From Malacoraja senta (Eukaryota): DNA of 64,000 bases. The position numbers and the translations under genes were made by a program. Location: positions 7,936,001 to 8,000,000 of the forward strand of contig CM075985.1 in assembly GCA_038087875.1 (NCBI GenBank), in the 5' to 3' direction. Position 1 is the stretch's first letter; the number at the start of each line of letters is the position of its first letter. Below are positions 30,901 to 45,900 of this stretch, piece by piece. The notes below the pieces were generated by a model. The model ran no database searches. It saw only the letters and a list, made by a program, of their open reading frames with translations, and was not told where the DNA came from.

Positions 30901-33900
30901 AGGCTTTTGGTACATTGGCTTTCATCCGTCAGGGTATTAAGTATAGACATTGGGTTATTATGTTACAGTTACATTGATGAGACCGCATTTAGAGTATTGT
31001 GTTCAGTTTTGGTCACCCTGCTATAGACAGAATGTCGTTAAGCTGGAAAGAGTGCAGAGAAGATTTACAAGGATGTTGCCAGGACTGAGCTATAGGAAGA
31101 AGTTGGGCAGGCTAGGACTTTATTCCTTGGAGTGCAGGAGGCTGAAAGGTGATCTTATAGAGGTGTATAAAATCATGAGAAGACTAGAGAGGGTGAATGC
31201 ACAGTGTCTTTTATCCAGAGTAGGGGAATCATGAACCAGAGGACATAGGTTTAAGGTGGGATGGGAAATACTTATTAGGTACCCGAGTGACATTGTTTAA
31301 GTAATTTAGTCTATTTTCATTGTCACATTATTCTTTCCTTTACTAGATAATGAAATATTTGTGGACACTGCGATTCTTAAGAGGCAGCTATTGTAGTAAT
31401 TCCTACAAAATAAAACCATCTATTAGAAGACTACTCACTTCAGGTACAGTATTGTACGGTAGGACCTCACCTTTTTGATCTAATGAAAAATGATATATGG
31501 TTTGTTAATTTTTTTAATGTTATTTAATGATATCTTGCAACATAATCAATTTTAATTAATAAATCCGCTGAAAGGAATGAGAAGACGCTGTTAAACCCTC
31601 CATAATTTCCACTGTTCATTTACATAATATCACATAATGTAAACTGAGTTCTGTAAACGTTTATAGTGAAAGTGAATGATGTGGATGTAGTGTAATAGAT
31701 TTTTAAAAGCTCACAAAAAATAATTTGAAATTCAATTCAACATATACAGAGCATTAGGTTAAATTTTCTTTATAGTTCCCTCTTCTCCCCTCTCAAATCT
31801 GGCAAAATGTATAGAAGTGTGAAAACGCACAGCTCCAGATTCAGGGACAATTTCTTCCCAGCTGTTAATCGGGCAACTGAACCATCTTACTGCAACTAGA
31901 GAGTAGTCTTGAACTGCTATCTACCTCATTGGTGAGTGTGGAAGAAATTAATTTAGAGGAAAATGAAAAGCGGAGACTTCGCAGGTCAAGAGACTTTATT
32001 GCATGATATCATGGAGAGATGGCGGCAGTTAACTGCTCAACAGTTCTCTGACTTCACAGCAGAATTAGCCGACAGTTATACTGTGCAGTAAACAACTTGT
32101 GTTTTTTGTTAGATACAACTATACGGAAATTTACTATCTACTACATGGGTACCAATTATTTCATTAGTCATAACATACTTTTTGTTAATGTCAATCTTAT
32201 TCAACAACAGATAGTTAATACAAGTCAAACACAATACAAGGGCATCTTGACATTATTCTATCTCACCTTTTAGGCGGACGGCGCCACAATCCCCTCTCCG
32301 AGCCAATCATAAGCCCCCCATTTACTGCAACGTATCTATGTAACTAGCGGTAGGGGGCGCAGGTGGTCTACTGTAACAGACTGCTGAGAGAAACAAGCTT
32401 CCTTATCTCTGTCTACTATTTCATGTTTACATTTACCATCCACCCTTCAACACATTCCTAGATAAGATGTAATACTTCTAATCTTACTTAGCCAATTCCC
32501 ACGAACCTCTTCTAAACCTGGTCAACGATAGATGCCAATTGTCACATCCAAACACCTTTCGTTACCTTGTTCAATTCCAATCAATTCCAATCAAGTCAAC
32601 TTTATTTGTCACATACACATACAAGATGTACAGTGAAATGAAAGTGGCAATGATCTGCGGGATTGTGCAAGGCAACAGAACAACAGAACAGAAGCAGTAT
32701 ATACATTTTTTTTTTAAAGACACAACAGTAATTACTCCCATGTGAGATCAGAGTTTACAGTCCTAATCCAAATTAAGTAAGAAAGGATATTAATATTTTC
32801 TTCCACCGTGACCCTCGGACTATCTTTGATCAGACTTTGCTGGGTTTATCTTGCAGTAAATGTTATTCCCTACTGTACACTGTGAATGGCCCGATTGTAA
32901 TCATGTATTGTCTTTCCGTTGACTGGTTATCACGCATCAAAAGTTTTTCACTGTACCTCGGTACACGTGACAATAAACTAAACTGAACTGAAACTGAAAC
33001 TTTTCTCCTCTTGGAGGAGACATTGAAGTGATGCAAAAAATAAGGAGCACCATTTATGATGTTTTCTGATTGCAATATTTTTTTAAACAGCATGGAGAAC
33101 TACAGTTTAAAATAAAGCAGGAATAAATGGATGGGTTAGTCACGCAAGGGTTCCCAACGTGGGGTAAATTTACCCCCAGGCCTACCCAGGGGTGAATTGT
33201 TGATTCTGGATTTGTACATATTTTTTCTCATTGACTGATTGTGTTTGGTTCTGGTATACCGGTATCTGTTCATCATTAGTTGTTCATAAATAAGTGAAAT
33301 AACATTATTATGTGCTATTAAAGTTGCCAGGCGTAAACGGGACAAAAAAAGTTGGGAACCGCTGGGTTAGTGGAATGGCAGTTTATTCAATTTAAAGTTA
33401 GAAAATGTGACGCATGCATTTTGAAAGATTAAATACAGATCTTTGTTTTGTACCTCCCTATAAATGAAGATATTCAAGAAGATCAGAAAAATGAACAGTA
33501 CATAATTTCTTGTGAAGACTTGACCAGAGTTTAGAAATTTATATAAACTAATAGTTAAAATTGTAGTGCATCATGCTAACTAGGAGTAATAAAAAGGAAC
33601 TGCAGATGCTGGTTTATACCAAAGATAGACACAAAATGCTGGAGTAACTCAGTGGGTCAGGCAGCATCTCTGGAGAAAATGATGGGTGACTTTTTAAGGT
33701 CTGGAAGAAGTGTCCTAAAGACAGGATCCGACCCAAAACATCATCACTCCAACATTTTGTGTCTATGCTAATTTGGAGATCTACTTATCGAAAAAAACAT
33801 TGAAGTTACAGTGTTCATAGAGCATAAAATTAGAACAGGAACTGGAAAATATTAGCTGGTCACAAGCATTCCATGACTTACAAAACAGGAGCAGCCCTAA

Positions 33901-36900
33901 ATGCAAATTTATAAAGTTATTTTGATCTATCTGACCTCCATTGACCATGCCTTTCTGACTTAACCTCATCCATGAGACTCAACCTCTGCTTTCTCTGTCA
34001 TGTTACAATTAAACTGCAAATCAGCTATTTTCCCCTTCGTGGCCCTACATGGTGCTGCTGTAAATGGTTCCATACCTTCAGGCACTGCTGAAAGGATTTC
34101 AATCATTGTATTTTGTCCCTGCAGAAACTCCATTCCTTTGCCAATGATGTGATGCAGAATCTTATGCAGGTCAAAACCATTTATAACCAAAAGCTTCAAC
34201 ATGTTACTATTCTATTATAAATATTGAATATTTCTACTTCTGCAATACCAAGTTAAAAAAAAAAGGAGAGCTGCTCGAGGATCTCAGCAGGTCAGGCAGC
34301 ATCTAATTAGGGAAATGGACAGTCGCAGTTTCGGGTCCAGACCCTTCATCTGGACTGCTTCTGTAGTCTGTGCGTACAAAAAGGCAAAATCATGGTTGTT
34401 GGAATAAAATAGGAAAATACTGGAAAGGGATAAAGGTCAAACATTATCTGTGCAAAGAGAAACCAAATCATTGTCTTGGGTTGATAACGGAATGGAAAAG
34501 TTAGATAATTAAAATTTTAAGATGGGAGAGAGATTGCCAGGCCCTGAGAAAACTATATCAGTTTATTAAAAGGAACAAGAGAAGTAATCATATTGGCACT
34601 GGCCATCATTGTCCAATCCTCCCTGGCAGCAGGTGTAGTTCCAGAAGATTTGAGATATGTTAACATTACACCACTGTTTAAAAGTAATGATGGTAAAAGT
34701 GAAATGAGTAATTACCATCCAATTAATTTAAATTTATTTGTGAAAACATTATTGGAATCTATTCTGAGGGGTAGAATAAATTTTAATTGTCCATGGCACA
34801 GATGACATTTAAATGAGGGGGTGGTGTAGTAGTTGCAGGGAATAGCATAGTAACAAGTTGTTTGCAGAAGAGGTAGAGTCCTAAAGGCTGTTACTTGCCA
34901 GTGCCTGAGTAAGAACATGTATTCCACATTGGAGAGGGAGGGAAAATATTAAATTATTATGGCATATGTAGGATTAAAACTGGAAGGGTGTTTTGGCAGG
35001 ATTATGAGTAGTTTAGGGGAAAAAATTTAGAATTGAAAAACAGAGCTTCAAGATCACTAACTGGGCCATATGCAAACTAACAGAGGGTAAATAAGGAAGA
35101 ATACTAAATGTGTGGCTCAGACTGGTATGCATTAACTAGGTTCTGCTGCTGTGGGCACAGACACCATTATTGGGGGAAGATATGACTGTTCTGTTGGGAG
35201 AAGCTTCATTTGAACAATGCTAGCAAGAGAATTCTGGGCAATCAAACTATAATAGGTTGGATTTTTTTATTAATTAGAAGGGAGATATTCCATCTGGCAG
35301 TAGTTTAATGAATCAAAAAATAATCAGAGTGCACTGGTGGTAAAGGGTGAATAAAGATCAAAGGATGATGGGAAGGGGGTCGAAAATATATGCAAAAGCA
35401 TCAGGCTGAAACTAGAACCAAAGAAAGCAGCTACATTTATAAAATGTCAAAGCTTAATGCTCTAACTGAATGCATGTGGCGTTTGGAACAAGATAGACAA
35501 GTTGAGGGCATTATTGGAAATAAATGAGTTTTATTTTATAGCAATTACAGGGAGCTGGATTACCATGGTTACCAGAATATCTAACTCAATGTTTCAGGTC
35601 ATTTGATAGCCCAAAAAGAAAAAGAGGTGGCTTGGCATTGTCAATTCATAAAGGAATAATTATGGTAGTGAGTAAAGATTATAGTGCAGCGGATTGGGAT
35701 TTGTTGATTATTGCTATATGCATCAGGGTACAGTGAAAAACACCGGGACTTCTCCTGTCATAATATGTAACAGTGACTTGGGCTTAGACTCTTCCTCAAC
35801 ATTCATCATCTGTAGCTTTGCTCTATAAACTATAATAAATTTGGAAAAACACACACCTGGGGGCCCCTATAGTCATCTAATTTTTTTGAGTAACCTCTCA
35901 CTTACCCACCTACCCAAACACGCAACACATAAGAATATGCACAGATGGCCGCGGACCTAGTGCTGGAAGAGGGCATTGTGCTAGATAATTTATTGACTAC
36001 ATTTTGTCGTAATTTTTAAATGATTCTATGAAAGGATGCGATGAGCAAATATGTGATGTTGGAAGACAGGAAGGAATTGGTGTCAAAAGGAAATATGGTG
36101 CAATATGAAAGATGATGTTAATGGCTCAAATCAAGAAAAAATGTCTAGAAGAGGTAGATTGGAATAGCAGAATCATAATTTGTATTGAAATCCTTCAAAT
36201 TGTGGAAGGCAATGGCTAAAAAGTCAAAATGGGAGTGGCAATGGGATAAAAAATTAAAGCAAAAGGTAGGTCGAAACTTGCTCACAATGCAGACTGGACC
36301 GAGATGTTCTGCTGCATGCTTTTTTCCTGGTATTGAGGAAATGTTACAGTAAGTTACATGCAGAGAACTAACTTGAGAGAAGTATAAATAAAGTGTTGTT
36401 TTCTCATGGAAAACATATTTGGACTTTGAATAATGTGGCTCAATGTTTTGCTTAATTGGTAATGATTCAATGGCTGAAACGAGGTAGATTCGTAGATCAG
36501 TAATTCATCCTTGGCATGAACTTAGTTGAAGAGTCTGATAACAATGGAAAGAAGTTGTTCTTAAATCTGGTGGAACATGGTTTTGTGTCTTCTGCCCAAC
36601 AGGAGAGAAGAGAGAATTTCCAGTGTATGAGTTGTTCTTGAATACAGTGCCCTCCATAATGTTTGGGACAAAGACCCATCATTTATTTATTTGCCTCTGT
36701 ACTCCACAATTTGAGATTTGTAATAGAAAAAATATCACATGTGGTTAAAATGCACATTGTCAGATTTTATTAAAGGGTATTTTTATACATTTTGGTTTCA
36801 CCATGTAGAAATTACAGCTGTGTTTATACAGTCTCCCCATTTCAGGGCACCATAATGTTTGGAACGCATGGCTTCACAGGTGTTCGCAATTGCTCAGGTG

Positions 36901-39900
36901 GGTTTAATTGCCCCCTTCATGCAGGTATAAGAGAGCTCTCAGTGCCAGGTCTTTCCTCCAGTCTTTCCATCACCTTTGGAAACTTTTATTGCTGTTTATC
37001 AACATGAGGACCAAAGTTGTGCCAATGAAAGTCAAAGAAGCCATTATGAGACTGAGAAACAAGAATAAAACTGTTAGAGACATCAGCCAAACCTTAGGCT
37101 GACCAAAATCAACTGTTTGGAACATCATTAAGAAGAAAGAGAGCACTGGTGAGCTTGCTAATCGTAAATGGACTGGCATGCCAAGGAAGACCTCCACAGC
37201 TGATAACAGAAGAATTCTCTCTATAATAAAGAAACATCCTCAAACACCTGTGCGACAGATCAGAAACACTCTTCAGGAGTCAGGTGTGGATTTGGCAATG
37301 ACCACAGTCCGCAGAAGACTTCACAAACAGAAATACAGAGGCTACACTGCAAGATGCAAATCACTGGTTAGCCGCAAAAATAGGATGGCCAGGTTACATT
37401 TTGCCACGAAGTACTTACAAGAGCAATCACAGTTCTGGAAAAAGGTCTTGTGGACAGATGAGATGAAGATTAACTTATATCAGAGTGATGGCAAGAGCAA
37501 AGTATGTAGGAGAGAAGGAACTGCCCAGTATCTAAAGCATACCACCTCATTTGTGAAACACGGTTGTGGGGGTGTCATGGCCTGGGCATGTCTGGCTGCA
37601 GAAGGTACTGGCACACTTATCTTCATTGATGATACAACTGCTGATGGTAGTAGCATAATGAATTCTGAAGTTTATAGACACATCCTATCTGCTCACGTTC
37701 AAACAAATGCCTCAAAACGCATTGGCCAGCGGTTCATTCTACAGCAAGACAATGATCCCAAACATATTGCTAAAGCAACAAAGGAGTTTTCCAAAGCTAA
37801 AAAATGGTAAATTCTTGAGTGGCCAAGTCAGTCATCCGATCTGAACCCAATTGAGCATGCCTTTTATATGCTGAAGGGAAAACCGAAGGGGACTAGCCAA
37901 AACAAGCATAAGCTAAAGATGGCTGCAATAAGGGCCTGGCAGGGCATCACCAGAGAAGACACCAAGCAACTGGTGATGTCCATGAATCGCAGACTTCAAG
38001 CAGTCAATGCATGCAAAGGATATGCAACAAAATACAAAATACTAAATATAACTATTTTCATTTACATGACATTGCTGTGTCCCAAACATTATGGTGCCTT
38101 GAAATGAGGAGACTATGCATAAACACTGCATATGTTGGTTACTTTCCCGAGGCAGTGTGAAGTGTAGACGGAGATGCCAGTTTGTGTGATGGCCAGGGAC
38201 GTGATCACGCCTCTCTGTATTTTCTTGCACTTGGGTAGAGGAGTGACCACATCAAACTGTAATGCATCAGCATTGGATGCCGTCTATAATGTTCCTGTAA
38301 AAGTAGACTCATTGGAGACATGCTAAATTTCCTTAGCCTTCTGAGAAAGGAGGTGCATTGATGTGTGTTCATGACTGCAGCATCAATGTGTTTTGGACCA
38401 GGACAAATTGTTTATCCCTAGGAGCTTGAAGCTCTCAACCATTTCTACCTGGGCACCATCGATGCTGATTAGGAAGTGCACTCCATCCCACTTTCTGAAA
38501 TCGATGAGCATCTCCTTCATGTTGATGATGTTGATTATTGTTTGACACCAACTACTATCTTCCTCCAGTACCCCTTTTTGTCATTGGTTGAGTTCCAACC
38601 CGCTACAGTGGTATCATATGCAAACTTGTAAATGGAGTTAAAGCATAATTTAGCTGCACATTCGTAAGTATATAGGGAATATAATGGGCTGATTGCACAG
38701 CCTTGTGGGACACCGGTGATGAGAATTATTATGGAGGAGTGTCACCTATTCTTGCTGATTACAGCCCGCGGAACAGGAAATCAAGAATCCAGTTACAGAG
38801 AGCGGTGCTAAGCCTGGGCCCAAGGAGTTTGGAGATGAGTTTGGTTGGAATTATTGTGTTGAAGACAGAACTAGTCATTGAGTCATAGAGTGATACAGTG
38901 TGGAAACAGGCCCTTCAGCCCAACCTGCCCACACCGGTCAACATGTCCCAGCTACACTAGTCCCACCTACCTGCGCTTAGTCCATATCCCACCAAACCTG
39001 TTATATCCATGTACTTGTCATAACTGTTTTTTTAAACGTAGGTATAGTCCCAGCCTCAACTACATCCTCTGGCAGCTTGTTCCATACACCCACCACCATT
39101 TGTGTGAGAAAGTTACCCCTCAGATTCCTATTAAACCTTTTCCCCTTCACATTGAACCTATGTCCTCTAAAGTCTGACATAGCCCAGATGATCCAGGGAT
39201 GAGTGTAGGACCAGGGAGGTGGCATCTGCTCTGTACTTGCTGCGGTGGTGGGTAAATTGCAGTGGGATTAAGGCTGCCTAGAAAGCTGGAGTTGATGTTT
39301 TCCATGACCAGCCTCTCAAAGCACTTGATAATGGTGGGTGTCAGAGCTGTCATTTGGTAAAAGGCACATCATAAATGTAAGATGTTGCAGACTAGCTTAT
39401 TGTTTGTAATATACTATTGATTTATGTATTATAAATGTAATTATGCTATTGATTTAGAATCTATGGTGGAAGATAAATTTTTTTAATGGCTGATTTTAAA
39501 ATCTATATCGTGCATAAGTTTAAAGGAACTATTGCTATTCTATGGATATTCCCATGGATATTTGTTCTTTAAATTTAGGTATAGCGATGAATAATAGTCT
39601 CGGTGTGGCACCGATAATCAAAGCTGAGCCAACAAGGGGGCTTGTGGATGAATCAGTCAAGCTTGAGATTGCACATTTAGTTCCAAACCAACAGGTTACA
39701 CTGCACTCGCAGCTTCTGTCTGAGGATGACGATAGGTGGATGGCATATGCCCACTACATCAGTGATTCGGAGGGGATCGTCCGAGGTTCGTACAGCTAAA
39801 TTACACCATTCACCTTTTGCTTTTTACTGAGGAGTTTTGCATTGCTAATACTTGGGACAATGTTATGCATGACAGATATTTTGAACATAGAGAGGAAATA

Positions 39901-42900
39901 ATAGTTTTCATAAATCCCTCTGGTTTTATCAGAGGTGGCACAAACCTGTTTCTGTGATCTCTGGTTCTTGTTTTTGCAATATTATGTAATGGTTATGCAA
40001 CTAAATAGATAAACGTTTTTGTGATCAGTCTGGTGTGACTACTCAGACGAAAACACTACACACAATCAACGTAGCTTGTTCTTGTGAGTTTAATGGTGAA
40101 ATAAGATGAGGGGAGGAAAGAAAATAAGTTTTCATTTGATTTTTATCTGTTTCCAAGTCAATATGAAAATGATCATCAAACCCTATCATTAAACTTTGTA
40201 ACATTCAACGTTGTAATATGGCTTGTCTCTGGGGGGAAAAACCCATTATTACCTCAATAAATAAATCATGTCGATCCACACAGTATCAACATTTTCATCT
40301 GGATGGAAATGTTGTAAGTAAGACTTTGGTACGTTTTTTTTTAAATGTTATTTTTAATGTTATAGTCAGCCAAGATGAATCATTGGGAGGCACCTACACT
40401 GGTCAAGAGTCAATGGGCTTAATCTGGAGCATGAAGCTTGCGCCTGATAATCGTCCAGCAATGAGGTATTGTTTATGATGAAGTAATGGATGGAACATGG
40501 AGTTATTTTTCAGTATTGGTTTTTACATTGTTCGGCGGCTTGGCGGCTGTTGCATTTATTTTCTTCCACTCATGAAATGGGGACGTTCTGACAAGGAGAG
40601 CATTTATAGAGTCATATAACATGGAACCAGGCCTTTTCGCCCAACTTGCCCATGCCGATCAAGATGTCCCATCTACACTCGTCCCACCTGCCTGTGTTTT
40701 TTCATTTATCCCACCAAACCCTTCCTATTCATGTACTGGCCAAATGTTTTTTAAATGTTGTTATAGTACCTGATATATTACCTCCTCTGGCAGCTCGTTA
40801 CATGTACACACCACCCTCTGGTGTGGAAAAATAGCCCCTCTGGTTTTTATTAAATCTTTCTCCTCTCACCTTAAACCTGTCCTCTGGTTCTTGATGCCCC
40901 TAATCTAGGTAAAAGACTATGTGCATTCACCCTATGGATTCCCCTTATGATCTTATAGAGCACTATAAGGTCACCCCTCAGCCTCCTGCACTCCAGGAAT
41001 AAAGTCCTAGCCTGCCTAACCTCTCACTGTAGGTCAAGTCGTTGGGTCTTGGCGACAGCCTCGTAAATCTTCTCTGCACTCTTTCCAGCTTAACAACATT
41101 ATTCCTATAGCAGTGAGCACAACTGTAATATAACATCCCAACTTCTCTATTCAATATCCTGACTGATGAAGGCTGATGTACCGAAAGCCTGCTTGGCCAG
41201 GCTATCTACCTGTGATGCCCCTTTTCAAGGAACTATGTACCTGCACTCATAGATCCCTCTGATCTACAACATTTCCTAGGGCCCTGCCCTGCCATTCACT
41301 GTGAAGGTCCTTCCTTGGTTCGACTTCAGCATGCAGCACCTTGCAGTCATCTGCATTAAACTCCATGATCCAGTCCTCAGCCCACTTGCCCAATTGATCA
41401 AGATCCTGGGGTAATTCTTGATAACCATCTTCACTGTCTACAATACCACCCACTTTAGTATCGTCTGCAAACTCAACCCAAGTACATTCTGATCCAAATC
41501 ATTGGTATAGACTACGAACAGTAATGGGTCCGGCACCAATCCCTGAGGCACACCACTAGTCACAGGCCACCAGTCTGAAAAACAACTTTCCACCATCACC
41601 CTCAATGAAGCCAGTTATATATCCGGTCAATTAGCTCTCCCTGTAATCCCATGTAATCTAACCGTCCAGGGCAGCCGACTATGTGGAACCTTCTCAAATG
41701 ACTTGGTGAAGTCCATATGGACGACGTCTATAGCTTTGCCCTCATCAACCTTTTTGGTTACTTTAAAAAAACCTCAAATGAGATTTGTATGACACAATCT
41801 CCCACCTACAAAAAAGCATGCTTACTATCCCTCATCAATACAATACAATACAATACAATATTTATTACATGTCATTTGAACCTCAGTGAGGCTCAAACGA
41901 AACTCAGTTTCCATCAGCCCCTATCTGTCCAAGTGCGTATATCTTATGGCTCAACATGCTCTCCTGTTACTTGCTTATGGTAGATGTTAGGTTCACTGAT
42001 CTATAGTTCCCAGGCTTTTCTTTTAAGTCTTCTGAAATAGAGGCACAACATTAGCCAATGTCCTATCATTCTGAAACTCTTCCAGGGATACATTTGATTC
42101 CAGCTGACTATACGTCCCATACCTCTTTTCCCGACCAGAGCCTCAATTCCTCTCACTCCACTCGTAACTGGAACATGCATGGCCTGAACTCTTGTCGTCA
42201 CACTTTTAAAATAATCCTACTTATTGGACGTTCTTTTGCCTGCAAACCGCCTACTCCAATAGACTTCAGCAAGTTCCAGTCTAATACCATCAAACTTGGC
42301 CCTGGCCCAATTCAGAAATTTAAGTTGTGGGCCAGCCCTGTCTTTATCCATAACTGTTTTAAAGCTAATAGAACAGAGATTGCTAGTTCCAAAAGCTTTT
42401 GAAAAGAATGTTGCAGTTAATGTGATGAAGGTACTCCAAAAGTGTTATTAGGTAGGAAATTCCAGGATTTATGAGTAATGATGACAAAAGTATCTTTATA
42501 TTTATGATTAAGCCTGTTTTGTGACATGGAGGGGAGCTGTCATTAATGATGTTTCCATGTAGCTTCTGCCTTTCCTCCAGACAGTACACATGAGTTTGCA
42601 AGATATTACCATTGAAACCTTACAAGGTGCAATTAAGCACCTTGTGTATGGTGGGATGATTGTGTGTTTTAGATCGTAATAATAATCATACTTTATTAGC
42701 CAAGTATGTTTTGCAACATACGAGGAATTTGATTTGCCATACAGTCATACCAATAAGAAGCAACAAAACACACAAAATACATTTTAACATAAACATCCAC
42801 CACAGTGACTCCCCCACATTCCTCACTGTGATGGAAGGCGAAAAAAAAGTTCAATCTCTTCCTTTCTTTATTCTCCCGCGGTGGGGGGCCTTGAGCCTTC

Positions 42901-45900
42901 CGTTGACGGGACGATCTTGGCTCTCTTAGCCGGCGGTCAGGCCCTCCGCATCGGGGCGATCAAGCTCCCGCATCAGGGGGACCTCAGCTCCCCACGCCGG
43001 GTGATCGGATTCTGGGTCGGGGTGTGTCAAACCTTCTGCGACTTCCCGACATCAGGCTCCTCAATGTTGAAATTCGCAGGCCGCAGTTGGAGCGACGATC
43101 CCAGGCAAGGGTTCACAGGCTCTGATGGTAAGTCCCCGCGGTGGGGCTCAAAGTCAGTCCCGTGCAAGGCGGCCAGCTCCATGATGTTAGGCTGCAGAGC
43201 GACCGGAGATACGATCCGGAAAACAATTGCATCTCCGGCAAGGTAAGAGATTGAGAAAAAGTTTCCCATGACCCCCTCCCCCACCCCCCACATAAAACAA
43301 ACCAGAGAACATTAACACATACTTTTTAAAACACCCTAAAAATAACAAAAAGACGAATATACAGACAGACCGTTGGCGAGGCTGCTCTTTGTACTGCTCT
43401 TGGTCATCCAATTATTTCTAAACAGCTTCCAGTGCATTTCTATCCATAAATAAGACAAATACTATACTCTTATGCCGTACATATTTGAAACATAAATTCT
43501 TAATTATTATGTTCAATTTTCCTAGTAATAAATAAAATAAAAATAATTGGTCAGCTTTCCTAATTATTTGCTGGAGCTGAAACTTAAGGCTTTTTAATAT
43601 AATGTACAAGATACCTCTGTAATACCTCAGCATTTAGGTAATGTTATTTATTTTTCTTAAAGATGGATAATTTTACATTTTCCAGCATAATTCTCCATTT
43701 ACCAGATCTTTGTCCACTCAACTTATCTACAGTGCCCTCCATAATGTTTGGGATAAAGACCCATCATTTCTTTATTTGCCTCTGTACTCCACAATTTGAG
43801 ATTTGTAATAGAAAAAATTACATGTGATTAAAGTGCACATTGTCAGATTTGAATAAAGGCCATTTTTATACATTTTGGTTTCACCATATGGAAATTACAG
43901 CAGTATTTATACATAGTCCCCCCATTTCTGGGCATCATAATATTTGATACACAGCAATGTAATGTAAATGAAAGTAGTCATGTTTAGTATTTTGTTGCAT
44001 ATCCTTTGCATACAATGACTGCTTAAAGTCTGCGATTCATGGACATCACCAGTTGCTGGGTGTCTTCTCTGGTGATGCTCTGCCAGGCCTGTATGGAGCA
44101 GCCATCTTTAGCTTATGCTTGTTTTGGGGGTTAGTTTTCTCTTCAGCATATAAAAGGCATGCTCAATTGGATTCAGATCTGCCACAGTCAGACATAAAAA
44201 CAGCTTTTTTCCACGAATAGTAACTCTACTCAATAACCAAAAATTTGTAGCCTCCTTTTGTTCTGTTTTTTTATTTAATTCACATGTTTAATCAATAATG
44301 TTTTTATTATTAATGTTTAATCTTTTGTGTATCATTCCTAAGCGACTTTGAATCCTGAAAAGCGCTATATAAATAAAATCTATTATTATTATTATTATTA
44401 TATGTCACTGTATGTCATGTTGTCACTTGCGGGTGGAGCACCAAGGCAAATTTCTTGTATGTGAATACTTGGCCAATCAAGAATTGACAATTTTTTAACT
44501 TTGAAAAACTCCTTTGTTGCTTTAGCAGGATGTTTGGGATTATTGACGGTGTAGAATGAACCGCCGGCCAATGAGTTCTTTTTTTCACTTAAATTTTTAT
44601 TGATTTTTCAGAGATATATACAAAACAATGCAACACCGTCACCATAAATAAAACAAAATAAGAAAAACAGCAATCAAAATTAAAAAATAAATAGGGGGAA
44701 AAAAAAGAAGTAAATACATTTTAAAAATGGAATAAGACCGTGTGGTTCACTTACCAAATTTAAAAAAAAATGTTACATTAATTAGTTATCTGGAGATATT
44801 TCAATATTCACACAAACATACCAACTAGTTCCATATAACACAATATTCCCATATCTAGCTCGGCATTTATCTAGTTGGTGTCATGGCTCAAATAAACGGT
44901 CCGTTTTTCCCAGTTCTTCTCAAATGGATTCTCCTTGACTCAAGGAATATGTCAGTCTCTCCATATTAAAGATGTCTCGCACAATTTCTAACCACTGTAT
45001 CTGTTTTGGACTTTTTTCATTAAGCCACTGCCTGGTAATGGCCTTCTTACTTGCTGCAAGCAAAACTTTAATCAAATATGTATCTTCTATCTTTACTATA
45101 TCTTTTATGTGCCCCAGATACATCACAGGGCAGGTATTTGGGATTTTATAACCCAAGATGTTTTTAACAACTGCGTTAACATTTTCCCAGTATGGCCTTA
45201 TCTTTACACAGTTCCAGAAAATATGCGAGTGGTCTGCCTCCATACTCCCGCACAGCCTCCAACAGTGTTGTTGGACAGCAAGTTGTCTGCTTTTTATTGT
45301 GGGTATTATAAAAAAGCGTGTTAGATTCTTCCAGCAAAATTCTCTCCATACTAGTGAGCCTGTGGATGTACATTGTGTTTCACACATTTGATACCATTCA
45401 TCTTCTGTTATTTGAATTTTTAATTCTGCTTCCCATTTAGTTTTTATGTAGAGCGTTAATTCTCCCCGCTTCCCACCAGTGCTTGGTAGAAAGCAGAGAT
45501 GACCCGAGACCCCTTCTGTTTGTATGCATCCACAATCACCTTGATCACACATTATTTGAAGTTTCATCTAGTTCTGGCCTTATCTCTTTTGTAAAGTAGT
45601 CTCTTAATTGCAAATATCTAAAAGAATCTTTGTTTTCGAGACCATACTTTGACTTTAAATCTTGCAAGCTCATAAACTCGCCATTTTCTGAAACTGTATA
45701 CATTGTCGTTATGCCTTTTTGTGCCCATTCTTTGAATCTTGAATCATACACCCCTGGCTTAAACTTTGAGTCATATGCGAACCACTTCAATGTGTGAACC
45801 CCTCTTTTTAATTTGTATTTTTCCACTATAACATTCCATATTTCTAACGTAAATGCTACTATTGGATCCATTAGGCCAATGTTTTTACGCATTTGTTTGA

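Larger units (their letters stand above)
27990..31290 (+). mobile_element. Degenerate CR1 with nested RTE (28811-29733) and Penelope (30352-30622) insertions
   Basis: Recognisable CR1 ORF2 segments on both sides of the insertions, e.g. [16 protein letters not shown]. Confidence 0.75.

Noticed and set aside
39542-39578. ATG at 39542 as the ACOT start (ORF track)
   Set aside because: It lies upstream of a polypyrimidine-AG acceptor at 39578, and the added residues look intronic.
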